Notes: generated from the sequence alone by a model not told the origin. A stretch of DNA of 64,000 nt from a virus (IMGVR_UViG_3300029705_006930), one strand, 5' to 3'; positions 25,591-35,010 are shown, counted from the first letter of the stretch. A program made the numbers and translations.

Positions 25591-26057
25591 TGGAGATACA
25601 GAATTTTTGTGAATATTTTAATATTCCAACCAACGCAGATATCTCTGTACAACGTGCTGATGACCCATTTGAACGAATGCAGATAGTAGCAGAATATTTT
25701 TCAGGTGGTGGTTGTAAATGTGAACATATAATTAATTTCGATATGGCTCTTTTATATGCTCAACCAAATGAGGCAGTTTACTCTATTTTATATATTGCTA
25801 ATAATATGATACTGAATATTCCAAAACAGTTATTTGATGCAATATTTATTGAATCAAATAATTTTGAGACTGCATCAAATATACCACATTATATAGCTGT
25901 ATTCTCACAATCATCAATGAATTTAGCACAACGAAAAACACAAGTTGAGGAATTGATAAAAAAACATCAGGAGATATTGCATAATCATCATATACCAGAA
26001 ATTATATATGACTTGGATTTTGATAACTTAATGATAGGAGGTAATGCATCATGTTAG
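25590..26057 (+). CDS. tail-family member 3
   Basis: C-terminus IIYDLDFDNLMIGGNASC. N-terminus QNFCEYFNI. Confidence 0.7.
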   Translation: MEIQNFCEYFNIPTNADISVQRADDPFERMQIVAEYFSGGGCKCEHIINFDMALLYAQPNEAVYSILYIANNMILNIPKQLFDAIFIESNNFETASNIPHYIAVFSQSSMNLAQRKTQVEELIKKHQEILHNHHIPEIIYDLDFDNLMIGGNASC

Positions 26058-26473
26058 ATTTTTACGAGCATTTTGGATTATCTGAAGATGTTCGGGTAAC
26101 AGCTGAATCTGTAGATGATGAACTACGTATAGTTTGTTGGGATAATGAGACAAAATATATTGTTCCGTTTGATATGATTATCTTGCCAGAGTGGTGGGGT
26201 GATGAAAAAAATGCATATATCCTGACTAAAAATGATACATTTATTCGTATGCCTCATGGTTTGGCTGTAAATGTTTTTGAAAGAGCGCGTGGTGGTTATT
26301 GGCATTATGACAATGATAAATGGGTAGCTGTGTCCTCATGTTATTTAGGTTATGAAAGAATTCAGAAGAAAGCATCTATTTTGCTGCGAAATATAAATAA
26401 TATTTTAATGGAAGAAGATAGTCATAGAAGCTCAATATCTTATGATGTTGAGTTTGATGCATTATTTAAATAA
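26051..26473 (+). CDS. tail-family member 4
   Basis: C-terminus ISYDVEFDALFK. N-terminus MLDFYEHFGL. Confidence 0.7.
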   Translation: MLDFYEHFGLSEDVRVTAESVDDELRIVCWDNETKYIVPFDMIILPEWWGDEKNAYILTKNDTFIRMPHGLAVNVFERARGGYWHYDNDKWVAVSSCYLGYERIQKKASILLRNINNILMEEDSHRSSISYDVEFDALFK

Positions 26474-26483
26474 AGGAGAACAA

Positions 26484-26813
26484 ATGAATATAACATTTTA
26501 TATACATAGTACAGGGCGTCAATATTTTTTAACTGCGCTGGGCGGTGCAGCCGTGCGTATCAGTCAAAATATGTATACAAGATTACAAAGACATTCTGTG
26601 GATGCAGGCGATGAAATGGTTAACCGAAGAGTTCGCACCAAACGTATTTTAAATATTGAAGATTTAAATTTCGAGAACAATTATAACTACAATACATATC
26701 GTTTGTATGATTTCTTAGAAAGAAATTACAGGTCATGGCGTAACTACACCACAATCACCTCAGAAATTGTTTATGACGAAAATGCTCTATCTTGGGACGC
26801 TCTTTTTCAGTAA
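26484..26813 (+). CDS. tail-family member 5 (divergent tail)
   Basis: C-terminus IVYDENALSWDALFQ. ATG 26484 after AAAGGAG. Confidence 0.65.
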   Translation: MNITFYIHSTGRQYFLTALGGAAVRISQNMYTRLQRHSVDAGDEMVNRRVRTKRILNIEDLNFENNYNYNTYRLYDFLERNYRSWRNYTTITSEIVYDENALSWDALFQ

Positions 26814-26825
26814 AGGAGATAATAT

Positions 26826-27185
26826 ATGAACGAACATAAACGGATTTTACCAGAAGAGGGTGCCTATGAGGAACGATTTGCTGTTTATCCAAACCCTAAA
26901 GAACCAACTACATATGTGATGGATGTAAGGTCGCTGACAAGATACAATCCAGCGAGCAGTTTGGTTATTGATGATGCAGTTTTGGAATCACTCAGTATAT
27001 TGTCTTACCACAGTTTTGAAGCTGTACGTCCAGATACAACAGTATATTGCATGTTTATAAAAGATGCAGAAAAAGACAATTTTTTAAAAGACCCTGTGCA
27101 TTGGTTGCTACAAACACAAGTTATGAATACTCCAAGAATGGAATATGAGTTGGATTTTGACACACTGATAGGAGTGATAAAATGA
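26826..27185 (+). CDS. tail-family member 6
   Basis: C-terminus MEYELDFDTLIGVIK. Confidence 0.7.
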   Translation: MNEHKRILPEEGAYEERFAVYPNPKEPTTYVMDVRSLTRYNPASSLVIDDAVLESLSILSYHSFEAVRPDTTVYCMFIKDAEKDNFLKDPVHWLLQTQVMNTPRMEYELDFDTLIGVIK

Positions 27186-27646
27186 GAAACTTTGAAGAAG
27201 TTTTCCCAATTGATTCTAATATTGAGTGTTATATAGCGCATCAAACATTGGTGAATTTGAAGTTGGCAATAGCAAATAAATATGACACATCACAAATAAT
27301 GACGACAATAGCTTTTGATTATGTGATACGTATATTCCCGGCGTCCCATCTTGATAACCCAATTACAATTATTAGTATAAATGGGCGCAAATATTGGTTA
27401 TCTTATAAGTTATATACCAAAATATTTATGCGCAGCCGCAGAAATCAGCGTGTGTTGTTTAATGAAGACAATCAACAAGAGGATATTGGACTGGTTATTA
27501 TGATTAGCAATAGTCCGGTGCATTTAGACAACGTATCGGATATTGTAACGGAAATTATTGAGCAAAAATGGTCAGGGCCCATAGGCATAATGAATGAGTT
27601 ACAGCAAATTGAATATATAGGGAGTTTTGAAGATTTATTAAAGTAA
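27182..27646 (+). CDS. tail-family member 7
   Basis: C-terminus IEYIGSFEDLLK. N-terminus MRNFEEVFPI. Confidence 0.7.
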   Translation: MRNFEEVFPIDSNIECYIAHQTLVNLKLAIANKYDTSQIMTTIAFDYVIRIFPASHLDNPITIISINGRKYWLSYKLYTKIFMRSRRNQRVLFNEDNQQEDIGLVIMISNSPVHLDNVSDIVTEIIEQKWSGPIGIMNELQQIEYIGSFEDLLK

Positions 27647-27658
27647 GGAGATGATTTT

Positions 27659-28144
27659 ATGGCACACATAGATTTAGGCAATGAATATTATACACATGTT
27701 ATCTCGGAAATCAGAATTACGCCTCCAGAATCTGTAAATGATATGTTGATTCCAAGCAGAGCAATTCATTGTAACCCTTATACAGACAACGTATGGGCAC
27801 AAATCAGATTTCACTTACATAATCAATTATGTCACCGTGGCTATATATATTGGATTGAAAATGCAATATCTAAACCAGATGGTATGGTGTATTTAAATTT
27901 GTCTCCATATCCTGTATTAGGTCGTGATAAGCAATGTTGTATGAGTAAAGAATTGTTTGAAATGCTTCTTGAATATGCAAGAAATATCAAGCACTATGGT
28001 AGCTTACACAGTACTTGTGATTGGCAAAGCAGGGAATATACAATGCTGAAAGTGCGCGAGACAATTTCTGCAATGCTTAAAAAAATAGAATATGCAATGG
28101 ATTTTGATGAGCTCTTAGGAGGTCAGAAATATGACAGCGATTGA
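27659..28144 (+). CDS. tail-family member 8
   Basis: C-terminus IEYAMDFDELLGGQKYDSD. Confidence 0.7.
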   Translation: MAHIDLGNEYYTHVISEIRITPPESVNDMLIPSRAIHCNPYTDNVWAQIRFHLHNQLCHRGYIYWIENAISKPDGMVYLNLSPYPVLGRDKQCCMSKELFEMLLEYARNIKHYGSLHSTCDWQSREYTMLKVRETISAMLKKIEYAMDFDELLGGQKYDSD

Positions 28145-28499
28145 TTTATTAACACAAAAGGATGTACCTAAAGGAGCATATCGAGTATTGATAGTATGTG
28201 ATGCCACTATAGGTTTTGTGTGTAAGCATTATGCATTGATAGAAAATGAAAACAAAACTTGTCAATATATTATCGAGTGTCAAATACAAGGGGATTTGGA
28301 AAAGTTTTATAGTGCCACATATCAAGGCTTGAAGATGGAATTCTATCGGGTTACTACAGTTGAACAGCCTGCAATAACCGAGGATTCACTTGAAATTCAG
28401 AGGATGATAGATTTCTTATTTCAGGTATATCACATAAATTTAAAGTACGAAAATATGTGTTATGAAATTGATTTTGACCAGTTGATGGGAGGAATATAA
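28131..28499 (+). CDS. tail-family member 9
   Basis: C-terminus CYEIDFDQLMGGI. Confidence 0.7.
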   Translation: MTAIDLLTQKDVPKGAYRVLIVCDATIGFVCKHYALIENENKTCQYIIECQIQGDLEKFYSATYQGLKMEFYRVTTVEQPAITEDSLEIQRMIDFLFQVYHINLKYENMCYEIDFDQLMGGI

Positions 28500-28951
28500 T
28501 GTTTGCAACAATGGTAAATGGTGAAAAACATCTGATAACGCAAGTTGATTGGAGGCCTATATTTAATGATGATGGAAAATGTATTGAAAGAGAAATTTCT
28601 ATAAAGTTCGACTATGATGAATCATTGCGAGCAGCAAAATATAGAGTTGGCTGGTTTGTTGATGAGCATGTAAATAACGAAATACAAGTACATTTAAAAT
28701 TGCGTAATGATAAAACAATTCCAGTTATGATTCCTACGATACTCGCAGAAGCAATGGTGGAATATCAACGCAAATTGCAAAAAGAAGGGTTCTGTGGTTT
28801 GGCTACAGGAGCTCCAGAGTGGTTGTTGACATGGTATTCTGAACAACAACTGAAATTTGGAACTGAAAATGTATTTCATTTTAATAGAACAAATGAAATT
28901 AAGACAATGACTTATGAAGTGGATTTATTTGAGGAGTTGATAAACAGTTGA
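28499..28951 (+). CDS. tail-family member 10
   Basis: C-terminus MTYEVDLFEELINS. Confidence 0.7.
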   Translation: MFATMVNGEKHLITQVDWRPIFNDDGKCIEREISIKFDYDESLRAAKYRVGWFVDEHVNNEIQVHLKLRNDKTIPVMIPTILAEAMVEYQRKLQKEGFCGLATGAPEWLLTWYSEQQLKFGTENVFHFNRTNEIKTMTYEVDLFEELINS

Positions 28952-29238
28952 ACAAACAAGATGAAGGATATGCCACACTGGGTGATATGACTGCAATATT
29001 TGCAACCATAAATGACCGGACAGACTATTTGGAACATCTGGCGAATTCATCAGCAGCCCGTATTATGGATATAGAGTCAAAAAGTGATTGTTATATAACT
29101 CAATCTTCGCTATATTGTATGCGCGATGACCTCTTACAGCAGATTAGTGAGCTTCGAGAGACAGTGAACATTTTGCTGGACAAGTATAATGCACTAAACC
29201 CACCTATCAGCTTTGATGAAATGATGGAAGGAGAATAA
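28948..29238 (+). CDS. tail-family member 11 (TTG start)
   Basis: C-terminus PISFDEMMEGE. Confidence 0.6.
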   Translation: MNKQDEGYATLGDMTAIFATINDRTDYLEHLANSSAARIMDIESKSDCYITQSSLYCMRDDLLQQISELRETVNILLDKYNALNPPISFDEMMEGE

Positions 29239-29239
29239 T

Positions 29240-29530
29240 ATGCATTTTAATGAACATCTTCGTAGGGTATGGGAGCGAACTACTGCTGCAATAACTACAT
29301 CTGACCATACGGAAAATACAGTGACTTCGTATGTTACAACAAGAAGTGTTCCTGATTATTGTACTACAAGCTGGACAGCACAACCATCATATAAACAATG
29401 GGTACATAAAGATGATTTGGATGCATTAAGATATTCCCTTGGCTGGGCAACGTCAAATCCGGCAGTAAAAGAGCCAGTATCACCGAAATACGATATGGAG
29501 TTTGAAGATTTGTTCAAGGAGGAGACATAA
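29240..29530 (+). CDS. tail-family member 12
   Basis: C-terminus KYDMEFEDLFKEET. Confidence 0.7.
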   Translation: MHFNEHLRRVWERTTAAITTSDHTENTVTSYVTTRSVPDYCTTSWTAQPSYKQWVHKDDLDALRYSLGWATSNPAVKEPVSPKYDMEFEDLFKEET

Positions 29531-29763
29531 TGCCGCCGAGACCAACATTTTTTGATGAGTTTACAGAAAATATAGTGCACAACACAATGCGAGAATTATC
29601 TGAATATGCAGCCCACTCCACGTTATCAATGGAAGACTCATTAGCTGATTTGAAAGAAACGTTGAAACGACTAAACATAAGTATTAATTTTGTAGAAACA
29701 GAATCTTTGACAGAAATTACATATGAGGCAGAATTTGAAGATTTAATGAAAGGAGATAAGTAA
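29530..29763 (+). CDS. tail-family member 13
   Basis: C-terminus ITYEAEFEDLMKGDK. Confidence 0.7.
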   Translation: MPPRPTFFDEFTENIVHNTMRELSEYAAHSTLSMEDSLADLKETLKRLNISINFVETESLTEITYEAEFEDLMKGDK

Positions 29764-30311
29764 TGTATTTTATTGGTGATACACATTTTGGCCATAAAAA
29801 TATTTTGGCCTATGATAACAGGCCTTTTAGTTCTATTGAACATCATGATGGCGAAATAATTCGACGCTGGAATAATAAGGTTACAGATATGAATGCAGAC
29901 GTTTATATGCTTGGTGATGTATCTTGGTATGGCGTTGAAAAAACAGTTGAAATTTTGAATCAGTTGAATGGTAAGAAGCATTTGATTGTGGGCAACCATG
30001 ACCATGCATTGCTTAAATCTAAAGCATTTAGAGATTGCTTTGTTGAAATTGCGGACTATAAAGAATTATATCTTGACAAAAAGACCGCAATTGTTTTGTC
30101 ACATTATCCAATTCCTACATATCGTAACTGTTACCACGGTTGGTATCATTTTTATGCTCATGTACATAACGGTTATAAACATAATATGATTTTAAAAATT
30201 AAGCAGCAGATGTGTGACTTGTATCAGAAACCACATAATATGTTTAATGTTGGAGCAATGATGCCGTGTTGTAATTTTGCACCGGTCGCCTTGGACGAAA
30301 TTGTGAGGTAA
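29763..30311 (+). CDS. calcineurin-like metallophosphoesterase
   Basis: GDTHFGH, GDVSWYG, VGNHDH, SHYP and HVHNG occur in order. Confidence 0.8.
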   Translation: MYFIGDTHFGHKNILAYDNRPFSSIEHHDGEIIRRWNNKVTDMNADVYMLGDVSWYGVEKTVEILNQLNGKKHLIVGNHDHALLKSKAFRDCFVEIADYKELYLDKKTAIVLSHYPIPTYRNCYHGWYHFYAHVHNGYKHNMILKIKQQMCDLYQKPHNMFNVGAMMPCCNFAPVALDEIVR

Positions 30312-30317
30312 TTACAT

Positions 30318-30671
30318 ATGATTAAACTTACTTTGACAGATGAGCAGGCACAGATTGTTGCTCAAGCTTGTGAATTTTATGCACGTGTAAGATATGGCCA
30401 GTTTAATGAAATCATTATAACAACATTGGAATGTGAACGTCCTTTTCCAAAAGATTTTAATGAGAGACGTGATGCCGCGCAGACATTGCTATTTGAGGCA
30501 CGCAAGTATTTACTTCCTGAATTGCACGGAGTTGGGCACAGCTATGGACTGGGACACGATGAAGTAAGTGATAAAGCCTATGACGTATATCAGGTTCTAA
30601 GAAAAGAACTTGGTGACAGTAGAGAACCATTTAGCTATTATGATTTGCCCAAAACAGAACGTTGTGAATAA
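30318..30671 (+). CDS. hypothetical protein
   Basis: GAGGTAA SD. Confidence 0.65.
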   Translation: MIKLTLTDEQAQIVAQACEFYARVRYGQFNEIIITTLECERPFPKDFNERRDAAQTLLFEARKYLLPELHGVGHSYGLGHDEVSDKAYDVYQVLRKELGDSREPFSYYDLPKTERCE

Positions 30672-30684
30672 GAGGTGATGGTTT

Positions 30685-31164
30685 ATGAAAAAATCATTTA
30701 ATCATTTAAGTTGGGTTGTTGTTTATTATGATTGCAATGCACAAAAAATCAAACCTTATGATATTTTAAAAAGTCGCGAAGACTTTATTAAACAGCTCAA
30801 AAAGAGATGTGCAACCAAAGAAGAGTTTTCAGAGCGTATGCGCGGCGAAATGATGTATCGTTATTGGTCTAAATGTGAGTGGGAACTTATCATTGAAATT
30901 GATGAAAATGACCACATTTGGTTAAAACCCTGGGTAGGATGTCGAGACCCCGAAAATTGTAACATTGATGTAACGGATTGGGAAAATGGATTTGACTGGC
31001 GAAAATTTGCTAAAAAACATATTGGTGACCAGGTGTACCGAAATAAAGCTAAAATTGATGTTTATGACCAGCTACGATGGCGATGGGACGAATTCATTGA
31101 TTATTGCTGGTATACAAGACTTAGATATGAACGTGACGATGCAAAGTTTCATAGAGAGCTATAA
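30685..31164 (+). CDS. hypothetical Trp-rich protein
   Basis: GAGGTGA SD. Confidence 0.65.
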   Translation: MKKSFNHLSWVVVYYDCNAQKIKPYDILKSREDFIKQLKKRCATKEEFSERMRGEMMYRYWSKCEWELIIEIDENDHIWLKPWVGCRDPENCNIDVTDWENGFDWRKFAKKHIGDQVYRNKAKIDVYDQLRWRWDEFIDYCWYTRLRYERDDAKFHREL

Positions 31165-31167
31165 ATT

Positions 31168-31395
31168 ATGAATTTATATGGTGATTATATGAATAAAAAG
31201 ATGGAAGGAAAGATTGAAGAATCTTATAGGCATATTAAACCGTATCTTAAAGACCAAGAAATTTTAAAAGATATGTGTGAGCGTTGCGAGAGGTATTGTG
31301 GTAGGCAGCACGATTATGAAGAATGTTTGGATATGCCTTGTTTCAAATGTTTCTTGGGATATTCATATCTTCAATGGGAAACATCATGGGAATAA
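31168..31395 (+). CDS. hypothetical Cys-rich protein (start uncertain)
   Basis: Candidate ATGs at 31168, 31186 and 31198. Confidence 0.5.
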   Translation: MNLYGDYMNKKMEGKIEESYRHIKPYLKDQEILKDMCERCERYCGRQHDYEECLDMPCFKCFLGYSYLQWETSWE

Positions 31396-31419
31396 AAACA
31401 AACTTTTATGAGGTGAATT

Positions 31420-31725
31420 ATGGAAGTAAAAGAAGCAATTAAATACATTAATGATATTTTATCCTCTGATTATCATTATGATGAAACATTGGGATATCAA
31501 CTAACTTCAGATGATATTGAATGGTTAGAGATAGCAAAAGAAGCTCTTGAAAAACAGATTCCAAAGAAGCCTGAGAAGCTGACGTATAAGTTGCTGATTG
31601 ATGATGGTTGGATGTATGGATGTCCTACTTGTGGGTGTGCTTGTGGAGAAAACAAGTATCATCCAGACGTTACCAAAGGTGATATTTATTGTACACAGTG
31701 TGGGCAGATGTTGGATTGGAAGTAA
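31420..31725 (+). CDS. hypothetical protein with zinc-ribbon
   Basis: CPTCGCACG...CTQCGQ. Confidence 0.6.
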   Translation: MEVKEAIKYINDILSSDYHYDETLGYQLTSDDIEWLEIAKEALEKQIPKKPEKLTYKLLIDDGWMYGCPTCGCACGENKYHPDVTKGDIYCTQCGQMLDWK

Positions 31726-31752
31726 TAAAAATAAAATTTTAAGAGGTTGATT

Positions 31753-31971
31753 ATGGTTAAAGCGTATTCAAGAGGTTGGGAAATTTATTATGATGGCGAG
31801 AACTGGAGATATGTAGACAACAACGAAATCGAAAACGATTCTCGTCCTTGTAAGAAATGTGGATGTGTGCCGACAAAAGAAGGTTATGATGCTTGTTTAG
31901 GGCATATCAAAGGAGCAAAGTCTGCTTGTTGTGGGCATGGTGCAGAAGAACCATATATTATATATGAATAA
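31753..31971 (+). CDS. hypothetical Cys-rich protein
   Basis: AAGAGG SD 6 nt upstream. CKKCGC...CCGHG. Confidence 0.6.
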   Translation: MVKAYSRGWEIYYDGENWRYVDNNEIENDSRPCKKCGCVPTKEGYDACLGHIKGAKSACCGHGAEEPYIIYE

Positions 31972-32000
31972 TAAAAATAGAGTTTTAATTGAGGCAATTT

Positions 32001-32174
32001 ATGAAATACATAGCGACTATACGAATCCCAACACAAATTCCAAATAAAAATAGGATGGTATTTTCAGTAGAATGTGCATTTAAACAATTAGAAGATATAA
32101 AGAAACAATATAATGTGTTGCGGTCAAAATGGATTGACGGCGATTTAGTGGTAGAGTTTGAGGTAGAAATATGA
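32001..32174 (+). CDS. hypothetical protein
   Basis: TTGAGG SD 6 nt upstream. Confidence 0.5.
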   Translation: MKYIATIRIPTQIPNKNRMVFSVECAFKQLEDIKKQYNVLRSKWIDGDLVVEFEVEI

Positions 32175-32440
32175 AGTATAAAGTAATTAATATTTGTACA
32201 AATGAAGATGTAACAAATAAATATCCTTGGGTTATCACACCAAATGGAAATCTTTATTATCTGGATGGCGGAGATTTAACAGGTGATTTTGACGCTGAAT
32301 ATATTATTGAAGGAATTTATTTGCCTAATGATAAAATCCCAGAAAAAGATGAGTATTATCTTGACATGTCTGAAACTTCTGCTGCTTATGTTAATGGCTG
32401 GAATGATTGTCTTGAAGAAATTTTGGAGAGAAGCAAATAA
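32171..32440 (+). CDS. hypothetical protein
   Basis: ATGA overlap. Confidence 0.6.
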   Translation: MKYKVINICTNEDVTNKYPWVITPNGNLYYLDGGDLTGDFDAEYIIEGIYLPNDKIPEKDEYYLDMSETSAAYVNGWNDCLEEILERSK

Positions 32441-32466
32441 AAATGAAGTTTTAAGAGGTGGAAAAT

Positions 32467-32736
32467 ATGTTTGATATGAGTAAAGTATGCGAATATGCGT
32501 GTGATAGATATTATCAGGTGGTATATAGTTTAGGTCAGTACGATGTCGAGCAAAGCGTTCATGGTCTACTTCTGAATTATTATAGTGGCAATGTGGTTTT
32601 ATTGTCTGAAAAGGGAATATATCATATTAAGTATAAAGACATTGTTTTTATGAGACCAGTTGAACCACTCACAAATAAACTTAGTAAAGAGTTTAATGAG
32701 CTATTGGAATCTTTTAGAGAAGATAATATATCTTAA
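32467..32736 (+). CDS. hypothetical protein
   Basis: GAGGTGG SD. Confidence 0.6.
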   Translation: MFDMSKVCEYACDRYYQVVYSLGQYDVEQSVHGLLLNYYSGNVVLLSEKGIYHIKYKDIVFMRPVEPLTNKLSKEFNELLESFREDNIS

Positions 32737-32761
32737 AACATACATTTATATGGTGATGAAT

Positions 32762-33109
32762 ATGAAATATATAATTGATTTAGATGCATTTAAAGATTGT
32801 TTGCATTTGCTAAGACACCCGATATTAAAATATGGCATTATAGACGCAGTCTATGTGAATGATGTAATCGAATTACTCGATAAATTCCCAAAAGAAAAAT
32901 ATGGCAATGAATGTATGGATATGCTTGAAAAGTTAGCTGATATTAATGAAGAAAATAATAATGATAAGTCAGAAAATTCACCAATTACAGCAATGAAATG
33001 TTGTGAATCAGAATCTGAGCATGAGTGGGTAGAATTAGTGTCATTATCTTATCCGCAGACAAGCGAAACCTATTGTAAAAAATGTGGTAAAAGGAGAGAT
33101 AATTTATGA
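32762..33109 (+). CDS. hypothetical protein with C-terminal zinc-ribbon-like CxxC pair
   Basis: ATG 32762 after GGTGATG. Confidence 0.55.
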   Translation: MKYIIDLDAFKDCLHLLRHPILKYGIIDAVYVNDVIELLDKFPKEKYGNECMDMLEKLADINEENNNDKSENSPITAMKCCESESEHEWVELVSLSYPQTSETYCKKCGKRRDNL

Positions 33110-33360
33110 AAAAGATTTTAGTAATTATTTCAATGATAGCAATGTTCTTATTTGGTGCTTGCAGTGCTACAAATGTAGGTGCCGAACAGGATAATCCAAT
33201 TAAGATTTGGTTTGAAAATCATAATGGTAACCTTCTAACCTGTAAAGTTGTTGATGATAATACTGGAGTTAATTATATAGTTGTTGCATCAAATTACGAT
33301 GGAAGTGTAACAATCACACCACGCCTTAATGCTGATGGTACTTTGTATGTAAGTAAATAA
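33106..33360 (+). CDS. lipoprotein
   Basis: Signal peptide with lipobox: MKKILVIISMIAMFLFGAC. Confidence 0.7.
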   Translation: MKKILVIISMIAMFLFGACSATNVGAEQDNPIKIWFENHNGNLLTCKVVDDNTGVNYIVVASNYDGSVTITPRLNADGTLYVSK

Positions 33361-33370
33361 AGGAGAATTC

Positions 33371-33658
33371 ATACATGAAAAGGCACCATCGGAACAACAA
33401 AGTAAATATGTCAGAGATATTATTAGATGGTTAGGCAAGGAGCCTCCTCACGAATTTTCTGCAGCGGCATATTATCAGTTTATAAGAGAAAATATTGACG
33501 AGCTGAAAAAAGTTCAGGCACATTATTACGAAGAACGTGGTAAAACATTGTGGGTAAGTCCATATAAAAAGAGCGGACAAAGTAAACATCATTATTATTC
33601 TGTTATGGATGAAGAAGAGGATGCTGATTGGCGAGCCAGCATGGATTTTGATTGGTAG
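33371..33658 (+). CDS. hypothetical protein lacking a canonical start (putative ATA start)
   Basis: The frame 33353-33658 is protein-like (SEQQSKYVRDIIRWLGKEPP...). AGGAG lies 5 nt before ATA 33371. The only nearby ATG (33375) is out of frame and gives 19 codons. Confidence 0.5.
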   Translation: MHEKAPSEQQSKYVRDIIRWLGKEPPHEFSAAAYYQFIRENIDELKKVQAHYYEERGKTLWVSPYKKSGQSKHHYYSVMDEEEDADWRASMDFDW

Positions 33659-33668
33659 GTGATTTCTG

Positions 33669-33962
33669 ATGAATATTATTGAAAATGTTATAGTTGGCAA
33701 TCCAACTTTGAACCCAGCAACTGTTTTTGCTTATGATACAGAAGATTGGGAGCTGATTGAAAAGCCTAAAACTTTGTTCACAGCAGAACGTTATCTGCCC
33801 AAAATTATGAAAGATGTTGGCATTGTAAACAGCATTTCAGAGGTTAGACGAAATCAGCCCGGCCTCTGCATAACATTGGAGCAAGAAGAATTCCGGACTA
33901 TAAAATGGGGCAAAAAATTTTTATTCATCCTTGTTGGAGAGGAAACTGATGGAAACCATTAG
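33669..33962 (+). CDS. hypothetical protein
   Basis: AGGTGA SD. Confidence 0.6.
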   Translation: MNIIENVIVGNPTLNPATVFAYDTEDWELIEKPKTLFTAERYLPKIMKDVGIVNSISEVRRNQPGLCITLEQEEFRTIKWGKKFLFILVGEETDGNH

Positions 33963-34203
33963 AGATATCTTATATGAATATATTTTAGATTTAAAACAGC
34001 GGAAACGTATATATAAAGTACCAAGTGTTCAAAGTCCTACAATTACATTTTATACTTCAGACTTTAAAAGAATGTTGAATCTCATTGATAAATATATAGA
34101 TGAAATCAAATGTCGAGATTCACTTTATTGCGAATATTTCTGCAATAAGAAAGGAAACAAAAATGCCCGAAGAAAAGAAACAAAATCCATGCGAGACTTG
34201 TGA
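33949..34203 (+). CDS. hypothetical protein
   Basis: GGAGAGGAA SD. Confidence 0.55.
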   Translation: METIRDILYEYILDLKQRKRIYKVPSVQSPTITFYTSDFKRMLNLIDKYIDEIKCRDSLYCEYFCNKKGNKNARRKETKSMRDL

Positions 34204-34300
34204 ACGCAGTTGTGATGGTTGGGAGGCTATGTTTTGTTGCGCTCGTTGCCATTATTTAGGCATTGAAGATTGTGACAGATGCGACCCATGGGATATATAG
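34163..34300 (+). CDS. 45-aa Cys-rich protein
   Basis: CETCERSCDGW...CCARCHY...CDRC. Confidence 0.45.
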   Translation: MPEEKKQNPCETCERSCDGWEAMFCCARCHYLGIEDCDRCDPWDI

Positions 34301-34308
34301 GAGGAAAT

Positions 34309-34518
34309 ATGAAACAAGAAAAAACAATTTCAGAAATGATTGCTGAATACACAGCTAAAGGATATACGATGTATACAAAAGGCGAAGGAGACAACATTAT
34401 TGGCTATCGTTTTGGTGAACCTATTGAAGCTATGGCCCTATGGGTTGATGATGGCTTTAAAACACCTGAAGAAGCTTTTATGTATTGGTACAATCAACAT
34501 AAGGAGAAGAAATCATGA
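34309..34518 (+). CDS. hypothetical protein
   Basis: AGGAGGAA SD. Confidence 0.6.
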   Translation: MKQEKTISEMIAEYTAKGYTMYTKGEGDNIIGYRFGEPIEAMALWVDDGFKTPEEAFMYWYNQHKEKKS

Positions 34519-35006
34519 TAGGATTAATACTCACAATTTTTAGCATTGGTTTTATATATATGACAATTTGTGTCATTGCTTCATATAACCGCTTACACAA
34601 GAAATGGCGTAAATTTGAAAAAACACCGTATGTAAGATATGCAGTATATGATGCAGGAGATTTGCATCTCAAATATTCGCAGATTGATAATTTGCTTGAA
34701 TACTTCTATGACGGCGGAGAAGCTGAGATGATTGTATCAGGTAATATTGGTGTTATCAAACCAACTCAAATGAATTGTGATGCGTTTCATCTCAATTATC
34801 ATACTAGAGGTAATATGGTGGCACCTGTAACAAAGCAGTATAAAGTAAGATTTTCATTTATAGATTATCTAAAATATTGCAATAAGATTACCAAAATTGA
34901 ACAGATGCGAAAGCATGAAGAAGCAGTCCGTGAAAAAAATAAAAATAATGAAACGGTTGAATTGATTGCTATTTTAAACCAAGGAAAAGCCAAAATGAAA
35001 GGATGA
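34515..35006 (+). CDS. membrane-anchored hypothetical protein
   Basis: N-terminal TM segment GLILTIFSIGFIYMTICVIA. Confidence 0.65.
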   Translation: MIGLILTIFSIGFIYMTICVIASYNRLHKKWRKFEKTPYVRYAVYDAGDLHLKYSQIDNLLEYFYDGGEAEMIVSGNIGVIKPTQMNCDAFHLNYHTRGNMVAPVTKQYKVRFSFIDYLKYCNKITKIEQMRKHEEAVREKNKNNETVELIAILNQGKAKMKG

Positions 35007-35010
35007 TTGT

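Noticed and set aside
24909-29763. Reading the GG in several family tails (LMGGV, LMGGI, LLGGQ..., LMIGGN...) as ubiquitin-like diglycine ends processed by the JAB peptidase
   Set aside because: Only 4 of 13 tails have GG. The Gly codons (GGAGG) coincide with the Shine-Dalgarno sequence of the next, overlapping gene. This is kept only as a remote possibility.
33431-33700. Minus-strand ORF 33431-33700 (89 aa)
   Set aside because: It lies antisense to a more protein-like plus-strand frame (33371-33658) within an all-plus-strand operon. It is hydrophobic, low-complexity and has no SD.
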